Of a stretch of DNA of 64,000 nucleotides, positions 18,698 through 27,974 are shown piece by piece. The first letter of the stretch is position 1. Every line of letters starts with the position of its first letter. The translations under genes and the position numbers were made by a program. Below the pieces are notes generated by a model. That model searched no databases, was not told where the DNA came from, and saw only the letters and a list, made by a program, of their open reading frames with translations. Origin of the DNA: Acidobacteriota bacterium (GTDB lineage: Bacteria > Acidobacteriota > UBA6911 > RPQK01 > JAPXNP01); NCBI GenBank assembly GCA_963663735.2, contig CAXXHN010000002.1, forward strand, positions 522,880 to 586,879, in the 5' to 3' direction.

Positions 18698-19468
18698 TTA
18701 ACCAAGCTGTGTCAGATTTTGTTCCTGTTCTTTAAGCTGTCCGCTGATACTGATTATGGTTTCGTGCAGCGGAATCTTTTTGCCGGATGCCTGCAAGGCT
18801 GCCTGGGCCAGCCTGGTTAAACCGGAACAGCAGGGCACTTCCATGCGCAGTACCTTTATGGAACGGATATGACTGCAGCGCAGGATATTCGTCAGTTTCT
18901 CCAGGTGCGGCTGAATATCGTCCAGTTTGGGGCAGGCTACTGCAATGGAACGGCCTTGCAGGAAACGGCTATGGAAATCCGGCACAGCCACCGGGGCACA
19001 GTCGGCGGTAAGAAGCAGTTCAGAATCCTTGAAATATGGAGCGTCGGGGGAAACCAGGCTCAGCTGCACCGGCCAGTGTCCCAAGGCGGAGCCGGGAGGG
19101 GCAGGGTGCGCTTCCGGGGAGGGTCTGAGAGTGTCGGCAGGATAAAGCTGGCGGGCAGCCATTCCTGGGCATGCAGCGCTGCTTATGGATGCGGCAGAAG
19201 GTACAAAAACCGGCCTGGCTGCCTTTTTCTGCTCCACGAAAATGCGGGCGGCCTCCTCGTCAAATTCACCGGCTTCCCTCTTTTCGATGGTGATGGCGCC
19301 CTGTGGGCAGGATCCCAAACAGGCTCCCAGCCCGTCGCAGTATATTTCCTTGACCAGCCGTGCTTTGCCGTTCACAAGCTGTAAAGCCCCTTCAACACAG
19401 TCCGGGATGCATTTCCCGCAACCGTCGCAGAGGTCTTCATTGATTTTTACAATATCGCGTATAGACAT
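18698..19468 (-). CDS. 4Fe-4S dicluster ferredoxin-domain protein with Cys-rich C-terminal extension
   Basis: 256 aa: CDGCGKCIPDC and CDGLGACLGSCP motifs, plus further Cys motifs (ACPKLDD, EVPCCSG). Lies between the regulator and hcp on the same strand. Confidence 0.8.
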   Translation of the reverse strand: MSIRDIVKINEDLCDGCGKCIPDCVEGALQLVNGKARLVKEIYCDGLGACLGSCPQGAITIEKREAGEFDEEAARIFVEQKKAARPVFVPSAASISSAACPGMAARQLYPADTLRPSPEAHPAPPGSALGHWPVQLSLVSPDAPYFKDSELLLTADCAPVAVPDFHSRFLQGRSIAVACPKLDDIQPHLEKLTNILRCSHIRSIKVLRMEVPCCSGLTRLAQAALQASGKKIPLHETIISISGQLKEQEQNLTQLG

Positions 19469-19521
19469 AACTGTTTATTCCTAAACAACCGGGATTCAGC
19501 CCCGGCCGGAAGTTGTATTAA

Positions 19522-19944
19522 TTAACTGTTTAGGAAACGGGCCATGTCTCCCAGAGTGGTTGATGAAAATCTCTGGCGCACCATTTCCTGAACATCCTGG
19601 ACCAGGCGGCCCATAATGCAGATTTTGCCGGGTTGGCATACCGGAATCCGAAGCATGCAGTGTTCTTCTCGTATCGGGCCTTCAATGGCCTCGAAAACCT
19701 CCAGGACCGAAGTTTTTTCGGGATCACAGGCCAGCGCGAATCCACCGCGCGGGCCCCGGATGCTGCGCACAATGCCAGCCCGGGTCAGGCGCTGCAGGAT
19801 TTTGGCCATGTGATTGGCTGATCCGTGCAGGGTAATTGCCATGTCCTGGCTGGTCAGGCTCTGGTTTTCCGGAACGGCAGCCAGCAGGCTGCAGGCGTGG
19901 ATTCCCATGCTGGCTGCGTCTGAAACATGTAACATCTGCGACAT
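19522..19944 (-). CDS. Rrf2-family transcriptional regulator
   Basis: 140 aa: ...SQDMAITLHGSANHMAKILQRLTRAGIVRSIRGPRGGFALA, the Rrf2 winged-helix signature. C-terminal Cys residues (C96, C103, C109) are compatible with a cluster-binding subtype. AGGAG ribosome-binding site upstream. Confidence 0.85.
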   Translation of the reverse strand: MSQMLHVSDAASMGIHACSLLAAVPENQSLTSQDMAITLHGSANHMAKILQRLTRAGIVRSIRGPRGGFALACDPEKTSVLEVFEAIEGPIREEHCMLRIPVCQPGKICIMGRLVQDVQEMVRQRFSSTTLGDMARFLNS

Positions 19945-20027
19945 TTAGTTAACTCCTGAGATCCAGGCCCCTGCCTGATCTGTCTGAAAGAAAATCAATC
20001 AATATAAACAACAAAATATTTAATTAA

Positions 20028-20049
20028 GGTATTTAGGTACCAGTTTACC
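20028..20049. promoter_or_regulatory. Imperfect 22-bp palindrome upstream of the Rrf2-ferredoxin-hcp operon (operator candidate)
   Basis: GGTATTTAGGTACCAGTTTACC, i.e. GGTA-N4-GGTACC-N4-TACC, about 85-105 bp upstream of the Rrf2 start in an AT-rich region. Confidence 0.35.
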
Positions 20050-20428
20050 TGTTTAAGATAAAAAAGGCAAATAAAAAATCAAGGGATCAAAAAATATCAA
20101 TGGGCAAAGGGCAAGGTATAGAGGCTTGGAGATTTCGGCCATTAATCGGAATACCGGAAACGCGGTGCCAACCTGGCTATTACGTCCCTGGCTTTAAAGG
20201 GGGAAAATCACTTGGAGCACTGGTGGCAGTGGAGTTATTGGAGATTCTTTCGTAATCTAAAGAAATGCTTTTCCCGGTAAATTGGCAGGTTTCATGTAAC
20301 AATAATTACCAACATCCTGGTTTAGAGGTTTTTGACTGATTAACGGAAAATGTTTCAACAATAAGCAGGAATCAGCTTATGGAAATTGTGCTTTACCAAT
20401 CACCGCATGATGAAAAAGTGGTCCGCCT

Positions 20429-21742
20429 ATGACCTGGATACTCATAACCTATGGCATTGTGATGCTGGGAATAGGGCTGCTGGACGCGGGAAAGGTGAAA
20501 ACCTTTGATTTCTATGTGCTGGCGGGGCGGGAGAGGAGTGCCCTGATGGTCGGGGCTTCCATACTGGCCAGTGTGGTTGGTGCTTCAGCCACGCTGGGTG
20601 TAGCAGACCTTGCTTACCAGGTGGGCTTTTCAGCTTTCTGGTGGCTGGGCAGCGGAGCCTTGGGACTCTTCCTTTGCGGTTTTTTCGTTGCTGGAAAGAT
20701 CCGCGATCTGGCGGTATATTCCCTGGCTGACCTGGTCCAGACCTTGATTGGATCTTCAGCCCGGAAAGCAGTATCACTGGTCATTGTTGTCGGTTGGACC
20801 GGGATAATTGCCGCCCAGTTTGTGGCCGCGGCTAGAATCATTTCCTCCCTTGCCGGCTGGAATTATTCCTTTGCGCTTGCTGTTTCAGTTGCCTGTATAA
20901 TCGGCTACTGCCTTCTGGGTGGGCAGGTTTCGGTGTTGAAGACAGATACCATCCAGCTTTGCCTGATGCTGGCCGGCCTGGCTTTGACTCTCTGGGTCCT
21001 GTATGGCCATATCGACCTGCCTGAAGCAGGAAACCAGCTGCGGCAGTTTGCTGGAACCCTGGGGATCAGCAGGTTCTGGTATTTCCTGGTTGTAGTGGGC
21101 AGCGGATTCATCATCGGGCCTGATATCTTCAGCCGCCTGTTAACGGCCCGGGATTCCGGGTCTGCCCGCCGGTCCGCCTTTCTGTCCGGCGGCCTGCTGC
21201 TCCTGGTGAGCGCCGGAATCGTGGCAATAGGCCTCTGGGCCAGATTTTATTCAGTTTTGCCCCAAGGGGTCTCTGTCCTGCCCTGGATACTGGAGCATGA
21301 GCTCCCAGCCTGGATGGGAGCCCTGTTATCGCTCGGACTGCTTTCCGCGATAATTTCTTCTTCTGACACCTGCCTGATTTCCGCCGCCGCCATTGCTGAA
21401 CATGACCTTTTACTGGGAAGTAAAGTCTGGCGGACCAGATTAATGATCCTGTCACTAGGAGTGGCGGCTCTGGTAATTGCTGAACTTGAAGCTGACATAA
21501 TAAACACATTGCTATTGGCCTACAGCCTGTTTAACTGTGGAGTAATTCCGCCGGTGCTGGCAGCAATCCTGATTTGGCCGCGCCGCCGCATGCATGAAGG
21601 AATAACGATTGCAGCCATACTGGCCGGTGGAGGGTTGGGTGTAACCGGCAAGATACTGGAACTGTACTGGGTCACCATGCTGGGGATGGCGCTTTCGGCT
21701 TTGATTACCCTGGCTGCCGTAAGAAGAGGATCGTTCCGCTGA
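20429..21742 (+). CDS. Sodium:solute symporter (SSS) family transporter
   Basis: 437 aa, polytopic. The N-terminal part (FYVLAGRERSALMVGASILASVVGASATLG) is typical of the SSS family. Confidence 0.75.
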   Translation: MTWILITYGIVMLGIGLLDAGKVKTFDFYVLAGRERSALMVGASILASVVGASATLGVADLAYQVGFSAFWWLGSGALGLFLCGFFVAGKIRDLAVYSLADLVQTLIGSSARKAVSLVIVVGWTGIIAAQFVAAARIISSLAGWNYSFALAVSVACIIGYCLLGGQVSVLKTDTIQLCLMLAGLALTLWVLYGHIDLPEAGNQLRQFAGTLGISRFWYFLVVVGSGFIIGPDIFSRLLTARDSGSARRSAFLSGGLLLLVSAGIVAIGLWARFYSVLPQGVSVLPWILEHELPAWMGALLSLGLLSAIISSSDTCLISAAAIAEHDLLLGSKVWRTRLMILSLGVAALVIAELEADIINTLLLAYSLFNCGVIPPVLAAILIWPRRRMHEGITIAAILAGGGLGVTGKILELYWVTMLGMALSALITLAAVRRGSFR

Positions 21743-21957
21743 GGAATCCGGATTAAGCAGCCATCCTGAAACCTGTAATCCAGGATACTTCCGGATTGCC
21801 GGGAAAACGATAAATGGTAGAGAGGTCCGATGTCTGAATCTGCTTTTTCCCCTTGAACCGTCTTCTGAAACCCGGCTTTTCCAGTCAGAATAATAAATTT
21901 TCGGTAAAGATTGCGAACTGGTTTCCGGATTGCCGGACAAGGTCAACGGATTTATGC

Positions 21958-22043
21958 TTAACATTAACAGCTTTATTTTTAACATTTAAAAGTTGTGCAT
22001 GTGGAATTTGAAAAGAGTTTTTAACTGTAAAAGTTGTATGGGG
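21958..22043 (+). promoter_or_regulatory. Cluster of TTAACA/TTAACT hexamers and a 42-bp-spaced direct repeat upstream of the first Na/Pi cotransporter gene (Pho-box-like candidate)
   Basis: TTAACA at 21958, 21964 and 21979; TTAACT at 22021. The units TTAACATTTAAAAGTTGTGCATG and TTAACTGTAAAAGTTGTATGGGG share TAAAAGTTGT. Confidence 0.35.
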
Positions 22044-22168
22044 ATCAAATTTGAAGATCGGCACATGCCGTATCAACTTTATATAATACTCAGCGTTAAG
22101 GGAAAGAGCTGGGAATTCGTTCTGTAGGGGATTTTAAATTTCAGTTTTTTACAGCAGGGATTATAAAC

Positions 22169-23269
22169 ATGGATTCTGGATTGCAGGAATCAAGTGCCCG
22201 GAAGCGATATATTCAAGTGGTTTTACTGCTTGGATATCTTTATCTGTTTCTTTTAAGCATCGATATGATGGGCGCTTCCATGAAAATGTTCGGGAAGGGT
22301 TTTACCGAGAGTCTCATTGCCAGCACCTCCAATCCTGTAGTTGGTTTATTCATCGGCGTACTTGCCACTTCAATCATTCAGAGTTCCTCAACCACCACTT
22401 CAATTGTTGTGGGGATGGTGGGAGGAGGGGGCCTGACAGTACCCACGGCGATCCCGATCATTATGGGTGCAAATATCGGAACTTCGGTAACCAATACCCT
22501 GGTTTCGCTGACTAACATGAACAGGTCCGCGGAATTCAAGCGTTCTTTTTCCGCATCCATTGTCCATGATTTCTTCAATTTTCTAGCGGTTCTTGTCCTT
22601 TTCCCACTGCAGTATTTCACCAATTTTCTCGGGCATGCTTCCGGTTTCATGGCAAGTGCCTTTCAAGATATCGGCGGCCTGAGTTATCTGAACCTGGTGA
22701 AGGAGATTACCAAACCTGTAGTTGGGCTGATCTCAGGGATGATAAACGACATTGCCTGGCTGCTTCTCCTGATATCCCTGCTGTTACTCTTCATATCCTT
22801 GAAGCAGATAGTTTCCGTCCTGAGGGAACTGGTCCTGAAGAGGGCGGAAGCTTTGTTTGACAAGGTTATTTTCAAGACTGCCTTAAGGGCTTTCCTGGTG
22901 GGACTGATACTGACCATGGCTGTACAGAGCAGTTCAGTAACCACCAGTCTGCTTGTGCCATTCGCCGGGGCAGGCCTCCTTAGCCTTGCCCAGATTTACC
23001 CGTTTACCCTTGGCGCCAACATCGGCACAACCATTACCGCCGTCCTGGCTTCACTGGTTACCGGACAGATCATGGCCGTGCAGGTGGCCTTTGCCCATAC
23101 ATTATTCAATGTCTTCGGCATTACTATCTGGTATCCGCTGAAAAGGGTCCCGATTTATATGGCGGATCATTTTAGCGCTATGGCAACCAAAAACCGGATA
23201 TATCCGGTACTGTATATATTAATAATGTTTTTTGTTATTCCCTCGCTTCTGATACTGGTGCTTCGCTGA
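22169..23269 (+). CDS. Na/Pi cotransporter family protein (copy 1)
   Basis: 366 aa: QSSSTTTSIVVGMVGGG...GANIGTSVTNTLVSL and second half-repeat QSSSVTTSLLVP...GANIGTTITAVLASL, the duplicated Na_Pi_cotrans signature. Confidence 0.85.
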   Translation: MDSGLQESSARKRYIQVVLLLGYLYLFLLSIDMMGASMKMFGKGFTESLIASTSNPVVGLFIGVLATSIIQSSSTTTSIVVGMVGGGGLTVPTAIPIIMGANIGTSVTNTLVSLTNMNRSAEFKRSFSASIVHDFFNFLAVLVLFPLQYFTNFLGHASGFMASAFQDIGGLSYLNLVKEITKPVVGLISGMINDIAWLLLLISLLLLFISLKQIVSVLRELVLKRAEALFDKVIFKTALRAFLVGLILTMAVQSSSVTTSLLVPFAGAGLLSLAQIYPFTLGANIGTTITAVLASLVTGQIMAVQVAFAHTLFNVFGITIWYPLKRVPIYMADHFSAMATKNRIYPVLYILIMFFVIPSLLILVLR

Positions 23270-23499
23270 GGTAATTCTGAAGCTGGATTACATGCTTGCC
23301 TGGGGAGTGAGGAATGAGCTTTGGCCTGCCGGACAAAAGAACAGGCCGGGGGATTTCAACCTGATGTTGACAAAATGCGGACTTGAGGTTCGCAAACAGG
23401 CTATGATTCATGTACCCTATTCCGATATATCAGTTTCCCGTTTTAGCGGAATATTCTGTGGATTGCAAAGAATCGTAACTGGAAAACAGGAAAAATTGT

Positions 23500-24600
23500 A
23501 TGAAAGTTAAAGGGGAAAAGAAGGAGCAGGCAAGCATCGTTTTGAAGCTTGTATTGCTGGTTGGCTATCTTTATCTGTTCCTGCTTAGTATTGACATGAT
23601 GGGAACTTCGATGAAGATGTTCGGAAAGGATTTTTCCGAGAGCCTTATCATGAGTACTTCTAATCCACTGGTTGGTTTATTTATTGGCATCCTGGCTACG
23701 GCAGTAATCCAAAGCTCTTCTACGACCACTTCTATAGTTGTAGGTTTGGTAGGAGGCGGCGCGCTTACTGTCACCAATGCCATTCCCATTGTAATGGGAG
23801 CCAATATTGGGACTTCAGTGACAAGTATTCTTGTCTCCCTGGCCAATATGAACAGGTCGTCGGAATTCAGACGTTCTTTTTCCGCCTCAATAGTTCACGA
23901 TTTTTTCAATTTTCTCGCGGTTTTCGTGCTTTTTCCTTTACAGTACTATACAAATATCCTTGGTAAGTCATCAGCCATGATGGCAGGAGTTTTCAATGAC
24001 GTAGGGGGGCTCAACTTTCTTAATCCGGTTAAGGCCATAACCAAACCGGTGGTGCATTTTATCTCCGGTCTGGTTCATGACATTGGATGGCTGATGCTTG
24101 TCATTGCCATGGTGTTCCTGTTTATCGCCTTGCAGCGGATGGTAGCGACCCTTCGTACCCTGGTCCTGAAAAAAGCGGAATCCTTGTTTGACAGGGTGCT
24201 TTTTAAAACAGCATTCAGGGCCTTCGTCGTGGGACTGGTACTGACGATATCAGTGCAGAGCAGTTCGATTACTGTCAGTCTGGTTGTCCCTTTAGCCGGA
24301 GCCGGGCTTCTGACCCTGGTCCAGATTTTCCCTTATACATTGGGTGCCAATGTCGGGACAACTATCACAGCTGTACTTGCCTCTCTCGTTACCGGTCAGC
24401 TTGTCGCAGTACAGGTTGCCTTTGCCCATGTTCTATTCAATCTGTTCGGAATTGCCGTATGGTACCCATTTAAAAGGATTCCGATATCAATGGCAGAGGG
24501 TTTTGCTAACATGGCGACGAGAAACCGGATCTTTCCAATAGCGTATATATTAATAGCGTTTTTTGTGATCCCAGGAATTTTAATCTTTTTATTGCGTTGA
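23500..24600 (+). CDS. Na/Pi cotransporter family protein (copy 2, tandem paralogue)
   Basis: 366 aa, collinear with copy 1 over its whole length and clearly more than half identical by eye. Confidence 0.85.
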   Translation: MKVKGEKKEQASIVLKLVLLVGYLYLFLLSIDMMGTSMKMFGKDFSESLIMSTSNPLVGLFIGILATAVIQSSSTTTSIVVGLVGGGALTVTNAIPIVMGANIGTSVTSILVSLANMNRSSEFRRSFSASIVHDFFNFLAVFVLFPLQYYTNILGKSSAMMAGVFNDVGGLNFLNPVKAITKPVVHFISGLVHDIGWLMLVIAMVFLFIALQRMVATLRTLVLKKAESLFDRVLFKTAFRAFVVGLVLTISVQSSSITVSLVVPLAGAGLLTLVQIFPYTLGANVGTTITAVLASLVTGQLVAVQVAFAHVLFNLFGIAVWYPFKRIPISMAEGFANMATRNRIFPIAYILIAFFVIPGILIFLLR

Positions 24601-24619
24601 TTATTAGGAGAATAAATAT

Positions 24620-25312
24620 ATGTTGCGTGAATTAATGGCTGCTTTTAAGAAGGAGAGTAAACTGGACGCCGCCTTCGATCTTGTATTCGATTCGCTGGAG
24701 ACCGTTGAGCATATGTTTATCGAATCCAAGACAACGTTTCGCAATCGGGACAATGATGCCGCCAAGGCAGTGGCATCCCAGGATAAAACCATCAACAAGG
24801 CGGAACGGTCTGTGCGGAAAAATGTGTTGAAGCACCTGGCAATTTCAGGTGGTGACCATGCCGTTTCCGCCCTGGTTCTCACCAGTATCATCATTGATAT
24901 TGAGCGTATTGGAGATTACACCAAGAATATTGTAGGTCTGGCTGCGAATTGCCCGGAAAAGCTGAACCTTGGTGAGGCTGAAAAGGACCTGGACAGGATT
25001 GAAAACGCGATTGAATATACATTTGAGAAACTCCAGATCATACTGAAGGGCGACAAGGACGCGGATGCTGAAAAACTGATCCAGGATTATGCCTGGGTCA
25101 ATCCCACTATTGACAGCTATGTAGAAAGGCTTGTCTCAGGAAAACTGGACACCATGAACACGCGTGATGCCGTGACACTGGTACTTTATTTACGGTATCT
25201 GAAACGGATTTTCTCACACCTGCGGAACGTTACAACCAGTGTTTTTCGTCCATTTCATAAAATTGGATTTGTGCCGTCCGATTTCAAAGGCGCAGAGGAT
25301 GAAGAAGTATAG
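24620..25312 (+). CDS. PhoU-domain protein
   Basis: 230 aa, starting 19 nt after the transporter. Motifs ...DNDAAKAVASQDKTINKAERSVRKNVLKHL... and ...IIDIERIGDYTKNI... are typical PhoU repeats. Confidence 0.75.
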   Translation: MLRELMAAFKKESKLDAAFDLVFDSLETVEHMFIESKTTFRNRDNDAAKAVASQDKTINKAERSVRKNVLKHLAISGGDHAVSALVLTSIIIDIERIGDYTKNIVGLAANCPEKLNLGEAEKDLDRIENAIEYTFEKLQIILKGDKDADAEKLIQDYAWVNPTIDSYVERLVSGKLDTMNTRDAVTLVLYLRYLKRIFSHLRNVTTSVFRPFHKIGFVPSDFKGAEDEEV

Positions 25313-25342
25313 ATTTATTTGTTGACAGTTGATACTGAAAAA

Positions 25343-25394
25343 GCTGGACCTCGGGAATCGATATGCCTGCTCTCCGAGGTCCAGCTTTTTTTTT
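25343..25394. terminator. Strong bidirectional rho-independent terminator between the PhoU-like gene and the convergent oxidoreductase gene
   Basis: GCTGGACCTCGG (25343..25354) pairs perfectly with CCGAGGTCCAGC (25374..25385). Nine T follow and GAAAAA precedes. Confidence 0.8.
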
Positions 25395-25427
25395 GTGCCG
25401 GTTAACCGATTAACCTGGCTGGTTTGC

Positions 25428-26789
25428 TCAGGAAAGTCCTTCCATTTTCCAGCCTTCCCGGTAGATCCTTTTCACGTATTTACTGGCTTCTTCGTTATTT
25501 GTATATTTCATATTGGCTCCATCCCACCTGAGAACCTGTCCCTGGTATTTCAGCGAGAGATTGCCCATGAGAATTGATTCACTCAGAGGACCTGAGTAAT
25601 CAAAGTTGGAGGAAGGTTTTGTGCCGGCTTTGATATTGTTGATCCAGTCCATCTGGTGGGCGTCAATTCCGCCTTCAATCCTGGGGATGGTGGGTTTCGG
25701 TGTGCCTCCCGCGAGAAATTCCTGATTCGTTTTCTCCGGCAGCAGGCAGGGATTCCTGCCGTAACATCCGCACATTATTTTCCCTTTACTTCCAATAAAG
25801 AGGCAGCCGCCGTCACTGTCGCCGAGAATCCTTCCGTCTTCAAGCTCTTCCGGCCGAGGGGGAAGCATTCCGCCGTCCCACCAGCTGAGTTTAACCGGCG
25901 GAAGTCCGTTTCGTTCCGGGTATTCAAAACGGATCACAGAACCCCACGGAAAAGACTGGTCCGTAGTGGGGGTGCTGGAACCAACAACACTTACCGGATA
26001 TTTAAGCTTGAGCGCCCAGAATATCGGATCGACTATATGGCAGGCCATATCTCCGAGGGCTCCGGTCCCATAGTCCCACCAGCCTCTCCAGTTCCAGGGC
26101 ACGTAAGCTTCGTTATATTCCCGCCAGGGAGCCGTGCCCAGCCAGAGGTCCCAGTCCAAATGATCCGGAACCGGCTGTTTGGGGGCGGGTTCCTTAAAAC
26201 CCTGCGGCCAGATCGGTCGATTAGTCCAGGCGTGCGCTTCCCTGACTTCACCGATTACACCAGCCCAGATCCATTCGCAGATCTCCCTGATGCCTTCACC
26301 GGAATGTCCCTGGTTTCCCATCTGGGTGATTACTTTAAATTTATTGGCAGCTTCGGTCAGTTTCCTGGCCTCGAAAACGTCGTGGGTGAGGGGTTTCTCC
26401 ACATACACATGTTTACCCCTGCGCATGCATTCCATCGCGGCATAGGCGTGCATATGATCGGGAGTGGAGATCAGAACAGCGTCTATATCTTTGTCATGTT
26501 TATCCAGCATTTTTCGAAAATCACGGTAGGTGGGAACACCGGGAAATTCCTGGTAGGTTTTGGCGGCCCGTTTGTCGTCTACATCAGCAAACGCGATCAG
26601 GTTCTGGCTTGATGAGCGGTTGATATTGGTGTTTCCCTTACCTCCGGCCCCGATAGCCGCGATATTCAGCTTGTTACTGGGGGCCTGACTTCCCAGTACG
26701 TGGCTGGGGATGATTGTAAAGGCTGCAGCTGCAGCAGCCGAAGCTTTAACAAAATCTCGCCGGTCCAGGCCATGCCTTTCTTCTCTCAT
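25428..26789 (-). CDS. Gfo/Idh/MocA-family oxidoreductase with twin-arginine (Tat) signal peptide
   Basis: 453 aa: MREERHGLDRRDFVKASAAAAAAFTIIP (Tat motif). Rossmann start NIAAIGAGGKGNTN. ISTPDHMHA...EKP motif. Confidence 0.85.
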   Translation of the reverse strand: MREERHGLDRRDFVKASAAAAAAFTIIPSHVLGSQAPSNKLNIAAIGAGGKGNTNINRSSSQNLIAFADVDDKRAAKTYQEFPGVPTYRDFRKMLDKHDKDIDAVLISTPDHMHAYAAMECMRRGKHVYVEKPLTHDVFEARKLTEAANKFKVITQMGNQGHSGEGIREICEWIWAGVIGEVREAHAWTNRPIWPQGFKEPAPKQPVPDHLDWDLWLGTAPWREYNEAYVPWNWRGWWDYGTGALGDMACHIVDPIFWALKLKYPVSVVGSSTPTTDQSFPWGSVIRFEYPERNGLPPVKLSWWDGGMLPPRPEELEDGRILGDSDGGCLFIGSKGKIMCGCYGRNPCLLPEKTNQEFLAGGTPKPTIPRIEGGIDAHQMDWINNIKAGTKPSSNFDYSGPLSESILMGNLSLKYQGQVLRWDGANMKYTNNEEASKYVKRIYREGWKMEGLS

Positions 26790-26861
26790 AACATCTCTCC
26801 AGGAAAAAGGCAGTTCCAGTCCGGTCCCGCCTTTTCCGAATTGTGGAAACAGAGTTTCCTC

Positions 26862-27752
26862 CTAGTTAAAAAACGGGAAAAGTCGCATCAGCTCTTCTTT
26901 TGAAGGCTGTCCGCCATATTCTGAAACCTGCAGCGGTTCAGCATATTTAATTTCAGCGTATCTGGCTGCCCCATAGAACTCAATCAGTTTATCTTTGTAG
27001 GTTTCCACATTTCTTCTGTCACCGTTCATGCGGCTCTTTGCCATCCATTCGCGTCTTTCCGCCGGATCTTTTGGAACCTCTTCAAGCCTGTTGGCATTGT
27101 AGGGCAGCCATTCATACATCTGGGAAACATGGCAGTCATACATATCTATACGTTTCTGAATGGTGTCAGTCACATCCACCACCACATCAGCCCTGAATGG
27201 AGTCGGCACTGTGAATCTGTCACTCATGTACATGAAGGTGGGATTTTTTCTGAGGTGAGGCGTGTTGGGTACAATGTTGGGAACAGTAACCATGTAAGCG
27301 GCATCCCTGACCAGCAATCCGGTATTGCGGTGGTCCGGGTGATAATCGTCCACCCTGGGTGAGATCACGATGTCAGCCTTGACCTCCCTGATCAGCCGGA
27401 TTATTTTCTCCCGGTTTTCCAGGGTAGGCATCAGTTTTCCGTCGTCAATGTCCATGACGATGTAGGTGGCGCCGATTGCTTTCCCTGAGCACTGGGCTTC
27501 GAGGTAACGTCTCTGGGCCAGCGGGCCTCCTCCCATCTCGAAGTGCCCGGCATTGCCGTTGGTCATGGAGACCAGGGTCACCTTGTGGCCTGCCTCTACG
27601 AATTTGGCCATGATTCCGCCGACTTTTTCAGGATCGTCAGGATGAGCCCCGAACACGATAACACTCAGTTTATCGCTCTGTGCGTACATTAATGTTGGGG
27701 CAAACAATAAGACAAGTAATAAAAATGTCAGGTAGATAGTTATTTTTTTCAT
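26862..27752 (-). CDS. PIG-L / LmbE-family deacetylase, exported
   Basis: 296 aa. Signal peptide MKKITIYLTFLLLVLLFAPTLMYA, catalytic-region motif VFGAHPDDPE, HPDH later in the sequence. Confidence 0.8.
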   Translation of the reverse strand: MKKITIYLTFLLLVLLFAPTLMYAQSDKLSVIVFGAHPDDPEKVGGIMAKFVEAGHKVTLVSMTNGNAGHFEMGGGPLAQRRYLEAQCSGKAIGATYIVMDIDDGKLMPTLENREKIIRLIREVKADIVISPRVDDYHPDHRNTGLLVRDAAYMVTVPNIVPNTPHLRKNPTFMYMSDRFTVPTPFRADVVVDVTDTIQKRIDMYDCHVSQMYEWLPYNANRLEEVPKDPAERREWMAKSRMNGDRRNVETYKDKLIEFYGAARYAEIKYAEPLQVSEYGGQPSKEELMRLFPFFN

Positions 27753-27974
27753 AGTAATCTGAAATTATCAGAGTGGATTTGTCATGTCCAGATTTTTTGC
27801 CGCGTGAAACCGGGATAGGGAAAAATCTTAAGTTAGTTCTGAAGATATGTAAGCATGCCTGCATGCAGACATCATGCAGGTGTTTCAAATGGTTTGCCCA
27901 CCAGGGTTGTAGACTGATTTTAATGCTTAAGGATTAAAAAAGCGGGTATGCACGCCTCTTTTTCCCGGGGACTG

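Noticed and set aside
20100-20428. Possible riboswitch in the long leader upstream of the sodium:solute symporter
   Set aside because: I looked for TPP-type and cobalamin-type conserved cores. Only vague resemblances were found (AATCGGAATACCGG, GGTGCCAACC). Not supportable without a covariance-model scan.
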